From a virus (taxonomy: Duplodnaviria; Caudoviricetes), in IMG/VR virus record IMGVR_UViG_3300022178_003337, positions 1 to 44,014 of that record: a DNA stretch of 44,014 bases. One strand, written 5' to 3'. Shown here piece by piece: positions 18,276-27,417 of the stretch. The first letter of the stretch is position 1; each line of letters opens with the position of its first letter. The notes beneath the pieces are model-generated. The model had not been told where the DNA came from. It was given only the letters and a program-made list of their open reading frames with translations, and did not search any database. A program made the translations under genes and the position numbers.

Positions 18276-18608
18276 TTACGTTCTCGTTATTCCAGGAGTA
18301 ACATTAACGACTCCCTCAACCACACGTGTTGTAACGTCTACTGCAGACGTTATTTCAACATCGTAAAGGTATCTTCCTGGATCCAAATCGGTCGTGATGG
18401 TTTTACTCATGCTGAGGATGATCTGACCTAGCACGCCATTGCTGGTGGCGCTAAAATCTACAGCAGTGCTGGACTTGAAATTCTTTCTCATTTGAGATGA
18501 TACTGTGAACCCAGTCAGGTCATACGGGGCATCAAAACCATCCATAAGGTCAATAGTCGCACTGAAATCAGTTCCTTGATCGATTATCAAATTTGCCTTT
18601 ATTGACAT
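18276..18608 (-). CDS. Conserved T4-like structural protein (BppU-N/Ig-like adaptor)
   Basis: ANLIIDQGTDF..DLTG..SQMRK..GRYLYDVEI..TRVVEG.V.VTPGIT; SD GAGG. Confidence 0.75.
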   Translation of the reverse strand: MSIKANLIIDQGTDFSATIDLMDGFDAPYDLTGFTVSSQMRKNFKSSTAVDFSATSNGVLGQIILSMSKTITTDLDPGRYLYDVEITSAVDVTTRVVEGVVNVTPGITRT

Positions 18609-18639
18609 GTTGGCGTCCTCTACAGATGGTATCTACTCG

Positions 18640-18647
18640 TATTTATA
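18640..18647 (-). promoter_or_regulatory. T4 late promoter TATAAATA
   Basis: Exact consensus in the intergenic gap upstream of 18608. Confidence 0.85.
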
Positions 18648-18681
18648 GTAACAGATACTGACACTGACAGAGGAGAGTGTA

Positions 18682-19056
18682 TTAGAGAGTCGAAGCATCC
18701 CTGAACAGTTGGTCAATTTCAAGGTCAGTGAGCCCTACCACAAATTGAATCAATGCAGTGTCTTCACTTAACCGTATCCAATTAGCTGAACTGTCGATAA
18801 TGACTCTCTCTGCCCAAGTGGCAGTTACATCCCTATATGATACAACCTGATTCCATTGGATCTCCCCGAGAGCTAGAACCCCCTGCGTTTTAGTTATCAC
18901 CATGTTGGCACGCTCAGTTGCCAACATGGCCTCCGTAGGTGGTGTTTCAGCAACCAGTCTATTCTTCCACTCAGTATCTGTTAACACAACACCACCTGTG
19001 GGAACGGTGTCAATGGTTGAGTCGTTTACCCAAGTGTCATTCAAAAAATATTTCAT
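18682..19056 (-). CDS. Putative tail fibre assembly / hypothetical protein (124 aa)
   Basis: Directly follows a fibre gene with an AAGGAG SD; C-terminal W.R......VGLTDLEIDQLF..A pattern resembles fibre-associated small proteins. Confidence 0.55.
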   Translation of the reverse strand: MKYFLNDTWVNDSTIDTVPTGGVVLTDTEWKNRLVAETPPTEAMLATERANMVITKTQGVLALGEIQWNQVVSYRDVTATWAERVIIDSSANWIRLSEDTALIQFVVGLTDLEIDQLFRDASTL

Positions 19057-19058
19057 AA

Positions 19059-20405
19059 TTAAGACTCCTTAACAATGTCTATTGTGGTGTACACTTCAGC
19101 GGTACCGCCAGCGGGTGCACCTAACCCCAAAGAGGTTACAGCTAGTTCTGTCGCGTGTCGAACTTGAAATTGAGTTATTGATGCTAGTATGAGTTTGCCG
19201 TGTATAATCGACCTAGTCTGCGATGGGCTTGTGGAGTTAGATAGCTCACTGGTTCCAACAATGGATATTTCAGCGTCCGTAACATTATACAGATATGCGT
19301 GGTGACTGTTGACTTTGTACCCAGGTACAGATCCATTAATCCTATACGTTCCTGGCGGTAGGGTTATCGTATTCGTCGCCAAAGACGCGCCAGTTATGGT
19401 GTTTGAAACTTGGTTGTTCAACACTCGGGTTTGAACACCCGAGATCGAACTCCCTGCGGATATGCCTGTTGATTGCGCGTCCTTCAGTAGCATGTAACCA
19501 ATTCCAACAGTAGTTGCATCGATTACACCACGTGTAGTTAGGAAGGTAGGCTCAACTGTTAGGTCAAGATCATCACTCTTAATCTCTCTGTACGCACCGT
19601 CCTTCAAGCCTATATCAATAATCCGCTCATTCACCCTAAGAGGTGTCATTAGAGTATCATTAGATGTGCCAGTTTCAGCTTGCAATTTCGTGGCTATAGA
19701 GTTACCTGCAACAGCGCCATTGAATGTCACGTTATTCGCTGTAAGAGTATCAACTCCTGCGCTGGTCATCACGAGATCGTCGAAGGTGTATGTTCCCGCA
19801 TTGAATGATCCAACGGAGATCTTTGTTGGTGCTAAGCTAGGTATTCTGTCAACTGAAAATGTACCGGATGTAATCTTCGTAGCTGCTAAACTGGGTATTC
19901 TGGCGGTCGAGAACGTGTTTGCAGTCACTTTTGAAGCATCGAGATTGGGGATGATGTCAGCAGCGAGCGTAAGTTGTGTTACTCCACTTGATGTGATGAT
20001 TCCCGTAGTAGCATTAATATTTAGTGTGTGGCTTCCATCTGATGTGCCAATATCCAAGCTATTGTGGCTGGTGTCTGTTTCTATGACCCATGTGCCAACA
20101 CCATTCTGGGTAAACTCGACTTGTGAGAGAGCTCCCGTACCACTGTCGACAGATAGATCCCCCGTCATCAGCTTGCCGTTGACTGTAATGGTTCCTGTTA
20201 CTCCAGTCAAGGGCTCCATATCATCAGTCTTTAATATATTCGTTGTGGTAATGTTGCCGTTGACGATGACGTTACCATTGGCATTTTCAGTACCAGCGTC
20301 ACCTAATGAAACGACATCCTGGAGAGCCTCTACGATTTCATTTGTACGATCTTTCCAAACACTGAATGTGTCGGTGTTAACGATAGGTTGGAGAATTACA
20401 GTCAT
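19059..20405 (-). CDS. Short fibre / whisker-like protein (448 aa)
   Basis: N-terminal TDTFSVWKDRTNEI; 18-aa IP.L...KI..GTF...R repeats; IATKLQAETGTSNDTLMTPLRV fibre motif; C-terminal beta-sandwich-like ITLPPGTYRI. Confidence 0.75.
   Translation of the reverse strand: MTVILQPIVNTDTFSVWKDRTNEIVEALQDVVSLGDAGTENANGNVIVNGNITTTNILKTDDMEPLTGVTGTITVNGKLMTGDLSVDSGTGALSQVEFTQNGVGTWVIETDTSHNSLDIGTSDGSHTLNINATTGIITSSGVTQLTLAADIIPNLDASKVTANTFSTARIPSLAATKITSGTFSVDRIPSLAPTKISVGSFNAGTYTFDDLVMTSAGVDTLTANNVTFNGAVAGNSIATKLQAETGTSNDTLMTPLRVNERIIDIGLKDGAYREIKSDDLDLTVEPTFLTTRGVIDATTVGIGYMLLKDAQSTGISAGSSISGVQTRVLNNQVSNTITGASLATNTITLPPGTYRINGSVPGYKVNSHHAYLYNVTDAEISIVGTSELSNSTSPSQTRSIIHGKLILASITQFQVRHATELAVTSLGLGAPAGGTAEVYTTIDIVKES
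19803..19952 (-). repeat. About three tandem 18-aa repeats
   Basis: IPNLDASKVTANTFSTAR / IPSLAATKITSGTFSVDR / IPSLAPTKISVGSF. Confidence 0.85.
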
Positions 20406-20566
20406 TTTGTTGCCAATTCAGCTAGTTGTTGCACTTTAAGTTCGAGGGACTTAACTCTCGCTTCAAGATCTTTCATAATCAGTTGCTTTTCCCTAGCAGT
20501 CTTAGCTGCTAGGTAAGCTGTTTTATCTGCGTTGACGAGACCAGTCTGCTTCCTAATTAAAGCCAT
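20402..20566 (-). CDS. Small coiled-coil protein (54 aa), not in ORF track
   Basis: MALIRKQTGLVNADKTAYLAAKTAREKQLIMKDLEARVKSLELKVQQLAELATK fills the gap exactly, with TAATG and ATGA overlaps. Confidence 0.85.
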   Translation of the reverse strand: MALIRKQTGLVNADKTAYLAAKTAREKQLIMKDLEARVKSLELKVQQLAELATK

Positions 20567-23500
20567 TACGTGAGCGCGATTGCTCGATAATCGTATAGGT
20601 GTGTGAACAAGTTGATGTTCGTTGTTGCAACTATATTAGCTGCATCCTTCTCAGCAGTCGTCATATGTCTCATGACAATTTTTACCTGGAATGAGGCAAA
20701 CTCACTCGTCTCAGCGGCTAGATTATATTCAAACTCACGATAATCTGTCGTGCTTGGGTTGTTGGAGTACATCTCAGGACTAGCGTTCTCGAGTTGAATC
20801 CAAGCCGACTTCACATCTATGTTTGACTCATTAACGAATCTTGAGTATACATCAATTACGGTGCCAGGTGGTCTGTAAGCGGAAAGGAGAACCTTCAGCC
20901 CAACAGCACCCATATCTTCTTGTAGGATAACCTCTTTAGATAGGTATTTAGACGTTTCAGCTTCAGTGTCACCAATGTGATATTGATATGCATTGAGCAT
21001 TGATATATCTGAGTCGAGTACAGGGGTCGTTGTTTGGTATCCACCATTACTCATATTAACTCTGATGATGAAGTCTTGTGTTGACGTCCCAGTGACAATG
21101 TTGGATCTACTTGAAACTGTTCGTGGTTCGCCAGTTAGGTATACGTTTCGATTAATTGGAATAGCTCTATCGACAGACACCCCGTCATATAGCACATAAT
21201 CCGTACTTGATCGTAGAGTATTGTCGATATAGATAAATGGTTGTGTATACGAGATAACCTCGTCTACGATTCCGTCGATAGTCGCGGTTGCACCACTTCT
21301 ATACCCAATGATTTGATCTGTTGCCTCGAAGCTAGCGGTTGCTCTAGCAGAGCTGTTCGATAGGTGAATTTTATCGGGATTCTTGCTATCGAAGTAGTCC
21401 ACAATTCCTGTAACTACCAAGGAAGCATCGATAGGCTCAGCACCACCTTCATCAAGTCCTGATTGACCCGCCATTACGATTGTAGTTTCACCACCTGTCG
21501 AACTAATGGATACTATAGAAGTAACAAACGTGTCAGTTCCTTGCGTCAAGATTATGTAGTCCCCGACGTTGAACTCAACAGAACCTAGAGGAACAGTAAG
21601 AGTGGTCCCAGATACACCTACTCCAGTATATTCTGTGGCCTTGATGACGTAAGCAATTTCTCCAACGCGGAAATTGCTTACTGGAGAAGATATCTCGAGA
21701 AATTCGACATCGTTTGGAACCAGATCTGCATACCCAGTTTGATCAGAGAATTCCAATCTTCTGATGATGAATTTGAGATCCTCATCTTGGTATGATTTCC
21801 AAGCCCTGTTATTCGTCGATGTGAATAGTACCCCATCACCCCAGTCTTGTGTAACTGAGACACCAGTAGCAAGATCTGTACCACCTACTTTTGATGTGTA
21901 TAGCAGGAAGTTGGGATCGTTAGCATCGGGAATGATAACTAGAGCATATTCCTTTTCGACTGATAGCTTGATAGGGTTACTAAACTCAACAACTGTTCCT
22001 GTTGTACCATCCGCTGAAATAAGGATCTCAGTCGGTGTCATGTGCTTCTTACCGAAAGGTAATACTTCCGCAGATGGGTATCCGTTGATAACCTCTCTAA
22101 GTTCTACCGTCACACCATTAACCGTTGACTTCGTTTGGAAGAATACAACTGCTTGATTGACATATACTACAGATGCACCTTCAGCACGACCTGACTTAAC
22201 AAAGAACGTTTGTGACAATGGATCAGATCCTATGCCTCCACCACCATCTGGATCTGGGATATTACGAGTAGTGACGTTCTGGTTAGTTGTCACTGTTGTA
22301 TTAACGTTGAAGTCGACTGTTCGTGTTGTGGACGTTAGGCTGGACTGTCCAATCGTGAAGTTGTATGCGCGGTACGATGTTCTACTATACGACGTGCCCC
22401 CAGATATTATGCTGTTGTAAGTTGACACATCCGAAATCTCGATATCAGTCTCACCGACGAAGTAGGTGTTCTCTGGAATCACGAATATTGCAGCGAGGAT
22501 ACCGCTAGCGTCAGTTCTAACAGCAGAGCCGAGAGTCCCATTCTGTTGAACGTCACGAACATCAATGGTGTCGTTGTCAGTAACAACCTCTCCTGGATAC
22601 ACACTGGAGTTGACATCATCCTGATCGAAGTAAATATAGTGACGGGTATTCGGTCTGAGTCCTGTCACCAGAATCTTAACTTCACGGGATTGCATATAGG
22701 CGTTGAAACCTATATCGGTAACGAAGCTGCCAACATTTTCGGTCGTTGACGTTGCGTCCGCCCCTAAACCAGTTTGGGTAGTGGTGTCGTTTCTTGTTAT
22801 AATAAACTGATTATTTAAAGGACTTAAGCGAGTTTCAAACGTGGTATCTGACTGCGTCACCGTTGTCGTTAGGGGAAGGAGTTGTTGAATATTGCTCACA
22901 AGATCCAGCATCGGTGTTGCCATATCAATCTCGAGATTGATAGCTGGGTTTTGAACTGTATTGTATCCCGAATCGAATTGTGGATCGATAGCTGCTTGAC
23001 CACTATAATTATAGAAGTTAGACACTGCGTTACGGACATTGGTAGCGTATCCTTGACTTATCAAGGTTTTAACTTGTCCTGTATCAGCGAGTGTCACAAC
23101 GTCTCTATACGTATTCACGTTCGATGTGTTATCGTGCTTGAGGTCAATTGGAAATTGTCTAACCTTAGGCATCGACACTGTCAATCCCTTATCAACAGCC
23201 GAGAAGAATTCAGGATCAGCTATATCAGCTACCTGAAGGTTCTTGAATGAATCCACAAGAATACCGTTCTTGAACCTATCGAGACCATTAGCATCTGGAA
23301 TGAAGATATCTCTAGTCTGACTTTCCAATAGAGATAGTGAAACCGACTCAGTCAGTCTATCTATTTTCTTGTCAAGTTTCCCGATATCTTCCATTGTGTA
23401 ATTTTTAGTGATCTTCTCTGTCACCTTGAGGGCGTTACGGCCTGTTGTTTCAAGGCTGTTTCCAGGAATGAATATCTCGCCAATTGTGAAGACGTTTGGC

Positions 23501-25788
23501 AGCTTGGATGCTGATGGGTTCTCCGATGCACCACCCTCAACCACAGCAAAGGAACCAGATGCGTCGATTACGACGTTGTCAACACGTGATAGGTAAAAGG
23601 TTAGGTCGGCTGTTATAAAGCCAGCCGTTGCTGGAACAGCTCCTGTAGAAAGAGAAATTGAAGCTGCTGTGACAGACTCTGCATTGATTGCCAATGTTTG
23701 ATAAGCTACCCATGGAGTTGCATACGGCCTAAAATCGTACGCCGACAGTAGGTCGTATACAGTGCCATTTTTCGATCCGAATGAGGATACAAGGGTCGAA
23801 TCCACATTATTATATGAATTCACTGAAAGAAATCCGCCACCGACATTTGTCGTTCTCTCGAGAACCTTAACATTAATTTGCAAGTTTACATTGGCAGGGA
23901 CTGCTTCACCAGATTTGAGCTGGACGTATGAAATATCATAGTAGCTTTCTCTCTGATTATTAACAAGTCGGAATCTGTCAGTAACATCAACTCCTGCTCC
24001 ATCATCAGTCACGATGGATATTACTTGAACAGCATTGGGGACACCAATCCAAGCTTTACCGCTAGCTAATGTGGTATCTACGAAGATGTCCTTCTCGACC
24101 AAATCATCAGCTAGAACACTCGTATCTATTGCATCGTAATAGATCTGTACTACGCTTGTTCCAAACGTCAACGAAACTGACGAGCCGTTCTGAGTGATCA
24201 CACTCGGAGACACCAATTCACTCGTTGCTGTTACCCCATAAATGTTTGAAGTTAAGGGGGTTACGTCTACTGTGTTATTGAGTGTGAAGGTGGTACCAGC
24301 AGTTACTGTAATTCTAAATCTGCGGGAGAATGATAGATTGTTAGCTGTTAGAAGATTGCTCTTGCCGGATGCAAATGTGGTGATACCATGATTCGTGCCT
24401 CTCAACGTTGAAACCACCGGAGTACTTCCGACTTTAGCGACAGCCGTGTCTTCTTCTCCAGATGCTTTTTCAATAGCATACACATGGATCTTACCCAATG
24501 CTGACCCAGATCCAGGTGTTACGTTGCGAATAGAACATGTTCCGATTACGCCATCAGCTCCATCAAGGAGGTTGTATCGAGTTCCATCTAGCAAGAAAGA
24601 GTCAATGACTGAGTTGTTAGCTTGTCCAGAATACGTGCCCCACACGAACTCGTAATATAGACCGTAGTCAACACCAACGCTCTGGTTTTGCTTCAGTTGA
24701 GTGTCGGTTGAAGCAGTTAACTCGATAAACTTTCTTGCAATGTTGTTAACTTCGTATCCGAATGCATATGCTTTACCAGCACTCACCACAGCGTAAGAGT
24801 TGTTAGCGTCTTGCTCTACAGATACGTTCATTCCACGGACAACGTAGTTGCCGGATTCTTCATAAGTGCGTCTTGCCATTTCAGTGGCAATAACGTTGAA
24901 TTGTGTAACATCTCTGATAGCAGCGGCTTGACCATTCTCATACCGGATGATGCTAAAGAACTCTTCTGGCTCTTCACTTGTGAGACAGGAGATTAGGATC
25001 GGCTTCAACTGTAGTCGATCCGCCCCCGGTGCGTTTGCATTGCTGAATCCTTGAGCATTGTCTAGCAACGTTGGATCTTGACTTGAAGTAATGATATTCT
25101 CTTGGACAGTGAAGCCAATAGACACATCATTGGGAACATTAGTATACTTTGATACAATTGTGAATTGCTCTTCAGCAAAGACGAAGTGGCCTTTCTGGAA
25201 AAGTATACCTTCACTGATCGACACACCAAACGATTGACCCACATGGTTTGCGACCGTTGCTACAGTCACTGCCATATCGTTTATTCCATCAGGGTCAGAT
25301 ACAGGTGTGTCATTCTCGTCAACAATGCTGAGAACTTCCCCTTGTTCAAACTCTTTGATGTCAAGGGCACCTGCTTGTGTTGTGTTCAGATACTTGATGT
25401 AGAAGGTTTTCAGGTTGGGAGCACGTGTTTCAAATCCATTATCTCCCTTGACGATCTCTGCTTTGAGGCCATTAGTCTCACCAATTACGAAAAAGGTTTC
25501 CGCTTGACTCTTGTCGTATATTGTCGGATCAGGGAAGTTTGTAGTATCCTTCAGCTTAACAAAGGATATATCGCTGCGTTCAGTTACGTTAATACCTGAG
25601 ATTACAGAGCCTTCTTTGTAGATATTTGATCCAAATCGTTCAACCTGATCCTGTAGGATAGTTTGAAGTTGAGTCAATTCCCGTGCTTGAACAGCTCTCG
25701 CGGGAGCAAACAGAACTTTATTGAACTGTTTATTCTTATCGAAATCGTCGAAGTATGGATCTATATTGAGATCTGTATTAATTCCCAT
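20566..25788 (-). CDS. Large baseplate-associated structural protein (VrlC-like / DUF4815)
   Basis: DLNIDPYFDDFD..KVLF.P.RAVQARELTQLQTILQ.Q.ERFG, NAPGADRL, ARRTYEESGNY, YTMEDIGKL, DRFKNGILVD, DPLSQTF, QDEDLKF; ends YRAIALT. Confidence 0.9.
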   Translation of the reverse strand: MGINTDLNIDPYFDDFDKNKQFNKVLFAPARAVQARELTQLQTILQDQVERFGSNIYKEGSVISGINVTERSDISFVKLKDTTNFPDPTIYDKSQAETFFVIGETNGLKAEIVKGDNGFETRAPNLKTFYIKYLNTTQAGALDIKEFEQGEVLSIVDENDTPVSDPDGINDMAVTVATVANHVGQSFGVSISEGILFQKGHFVFAEEQFTIVSKYTNVPNDVSIGFTVQENIITSSQDPTLLDNAQGFSNANAPGADRLQLKPILISCLTSEEPEEFFSIIRYENGQAAAIRDVTQFNVIATEMARRTYEESGNYVVRGMNVSVEQDANNSYAVVSAGKAYAFGYEVNNIARKFIELTASTDTQLKQNQSVGVDYGLYYEFVWGTYSGQANNSVIDSFLLDGTRYNLLDGADGVIGTCSIRNVTPGSGSALGKIHVYAIEKASGEEDTAVAKVGSTPVVSTLRGTNHGITTFASGKSNLLTANNLSFSRRFRITVTAGTTFTLNNTVDVTPLTSNIYGVTATSELVSPSVITQNGSSVSLTFGTSVVQIYYDAIDTSVLADDLVEKDIFVDTTLASGKAWIGVPNAVQVISIVTDDGAGVDVTDRFRLVNNQRESYYDISYVQLKSGEAVPANVNLQINVKVLERTTNVGGGFLSVNSYNNVDSTLVSSFGSKNGTVYDLLSAYDFRPYATPWVAYQTLAINAESVTAASISLSTGAVPATAGFITADLTFYLSRVDNVVIDASGSFAVVEGGASENPSASKLPNVFTIGEIFIPGNSLETTGRNALKVTEKITKNYTMEDIGKLDKKIDRLTESVSLSLLESQTRDIFIPDANGLDRFKNGILVDSFKNLQVADIADPEFFSAVDKGLTVSMPKVRQFPIDLKHDNTSNVNTYRDVVTLADTGQVKTLISQGYATNVRNAVSNFYNYSGQAAIDPQFDSGYNTVQNPAINLEIDMATPMLDLVSNIQQLLPLTTTVTQSDTTFETRLSPLNNQFIITRNDTTTQTGLGADATSTTENVGSFVTDIGFNAYMQSREVKILVTGLRPNTRHYIYFDQDDVNSSVYPGEVVTDNDTIDVRDVQQNGTLGSAVRTDASGILAAIFVIPENTYFVGETDIEISDVSTYNSIISGGTSYSRTSYRAYNFTIGQSSLTSTTRTVDFNVNTTVTTNQNVTTRNIPDPDGGGGIGSDPLSQTFFVKSGRAEGASVVYVNQAVVFFQTKSTVNGVTVELREVINGYPSAEVLPFGKKHMTPTEILISADGTTGTVVEFSNPIKLSVEKEYALVIIPDANDPNFLLYTSKVGGTDLATGVSVTQDWGDGVLFTSTNNRAWKSYQDEDLKFIIRRLEFSDQTGYADLVPNDVEFLEISSPVSNFRVGEIAYVIKATEYTGVGVSGTTLTVPLGSVEFNVGDYIILTQGTDTFVTSIVSISSTGGETTIVMAGQSGLDEGGAEPIDASLVVTGIVDYFDSKNPDKIHLSNSSARATASFEATDQIIGYRSGATATIDGIVDEVISYTQPFIYIDNTLRSSTDYVLYDGVSVDRAIPINRNVYLTGEPRTVSSRSNIVTGTSTQDFIIRVNMSNGGYQTTTPVLDSDISMLNAYQYHIGDTEAETSKYLSKEVILQEDMGAVGLKVLLSAYRPPGTVIDVYSRFVNESNIDVKSAWIQLENASPEMYSNNPSTTDYREFEYNLAAETSEFASFQVKIVMRHMTTAEKDAANIVATTNINLFTHLYDYRAIALT

Positions 25789-25799
25789 GAACTATTCCT

Positions 25800-27410
25800 T
25801 TAGAAGTCAAAGACAAATTTTGCCTTTTCGACTCTGTCTTGTTGCCGTTCGATTTCATCGAAGTCGATGAAATGTAACAATTCCCCTGTGTAAGCAATAT
25901 ATTTATCACTACTGATGGTATTTATCGTTACTGAGTCTGATGATGTGGCATCTAATGATGTTTTTGTTGTAGCAGCCCCCGCGACAAAGGATGACACAGT
26001 ATCCCCATCATAATTTACCATATGCAGGATGGTCTCCAATTCAACACCATCATAAGAAGCTTCGTGAACGATCGCTGTAACAGACTCATCATTAACTTCT
26101 TGAATAAGATAATGACCTGGCTCAACTATACTCGTTACATCTCCGTCGAGGGTGATGACAAGCCGGTTATCCAGACTCGTGGGACTCGTATTAGCGAATT
26201 CAGGATCTAGTACTAATCCAATCTTCGTGTACGTGTTCGAGTCGGGAATATTAGTTGACACCCCACTCTCAAATTCGGTAACAACCCCCACTGAGCTCAT
26301 ATAAAGTTCTGATATCGGGTCAGATCCGTGTCCACCTCTCGGAGATATGATAGCTCTAATTGTAGTGAGGGGTGTAACATCAGATATGGCTGACGGTAGA
26401 GCAAGTATTGATGTTGCAGATTTATATTCAGTTCCTTTATCCACAAACTGTATTGACACTAATGTACCCTCAGAATCAACTTCACCATATGATATGCAAG
26501 GATCTCCAACAGTGAGGGAGGTGTCAATCTTCGGTACGATTTTACACACTTTAGTGGATAGAGATGGAGTAACCGTCGTTAGATCAACGGCCGAGTCTAC
26601 ATAAACCACCATCGAAGTTGTGTTGATGACCTCTGAACCTTGAATATCATAAACAGATTCTGCTTGTCCTGGATCGATTATTCTCAGATACATATTCATA
26701 TATGCACCAGACGACGACCTAGGTTCCTTTGTTGTTGTAATAGTCACTTTGTACGTGGTGCCTGTCAATCCATCCAGTTCAACTGTTGAGATAAACGCGT
26801 CACCTATATCGAAAGCGGCGAACTGTTTATCGATCGCACTCTCAACTATAATATCAGACACGCTCTCTTCTGCACTTGCGATGACTGACGCTTCAGGCAC
26901 GTAAGGTAGTAATGTGGTTGTCCCATATTGGGTGTATTCTGCCGCAACTACCTCGAGCATATACTTCCACACGTAACCGTCAGCGAGCTCAATCTCAACA
27001 TTATTCTCCATTCCAGACGTTGAGGGGATAATGCTTGACGGTGCCCCACTGTTATTTCTGATGCATTTGAATACGTGATATGCAGACTCACCGTAAGCTC
27101 CAGTTAGCACTGTGACGTGCATGTTCAACGTTTCTACGTCCTGCTCATCGTCGAAACTGTCGTATACAGTGTTAGCAACCCAGTCGTTCTTGCTAAACAT
27201 ATACTTGACATCAGCAGACCCCACCTTATTGCCAAAGATTACGCGGCTAAGAAACGTCCGCTTATCCTTCTGGGTGTTACTGATTGGAGTACCTTCAGGA
27301 TTGTTTAGGTCAGATGCCATCACATAATATACAGTGTTGGCATCAGAAAAGGAGTCGTGAAACTTTTTCGCGTTTTCTACTCTAAAATTTTCTGTAACAA
27401 TTTTCGGCAT
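25800..27410 (-). CDS. gp8: Baseplate wedge subunit
   Basis: IVTENFRVENA, W..NTVY, VFKCIRN, DGYVWKYM, IISPRGGHGSDPISEL, YTGELL..R...RVEK.K.VFDF; follows gp6-gp7. Confidence 0.85.
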   Translation of the reverse strand: MPKIVTENFRVENAKKFHDSFSDANTVYYVMASDLNNPEGTPISNTQKDKRTFLSRVIFGNKVGSADVKYMFSKNDWVANTVYDSFDDEQDVETLNMHVTVLTGAYGESAYHVFKCIRNNSGAPSSIIPSTSGMENNVEIELADGYVWKYMLEVVAAEYTQYGTTTLLPYVPEASVIASAEESVSDIIVESAIDKQFAAFDIGDAFISTVELDGLTGTTYKVTITTTKEPRSSSGAYMNMYLRIIDPGQAESVYDIQGSEVINTTSMVVYVDSAVDLTTVTPSLSTKVCKIVPKIDTSLTVGDPCISYGEVDSEGTLVSIQFVDKGTEYKSATSILALPSAISDVTPLTTIRAIISPRGGHGSDPISELYMSSVGVVTEFESGVSTNIPDSNTYTKIGLVLDPEFANTSPTSLDNRLVITLDGDVTSIVEPGHYLIQEVNDESVTAIVHEASYDGVELETILHMVNYDGDTVSSFVAGAATTKTSLDATSSDSVTINTISSDKYIAYTGELLHFIDFDEIERQQDRVEKAKFVFDF

Positions 27411-27417
27411 CAGTCTC

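Noticed and set aside
13385-20439. Long + strand ORFs antisense to fibre genes (e.g. 13385-13951, 14855-15508, 16987-17757, 19666-20439)
   Set aside because: They mirror the codon register of G/T/S/V-rich genes on the - strand, have P/V/S-rich shadow translations and show no recognisable motifs.
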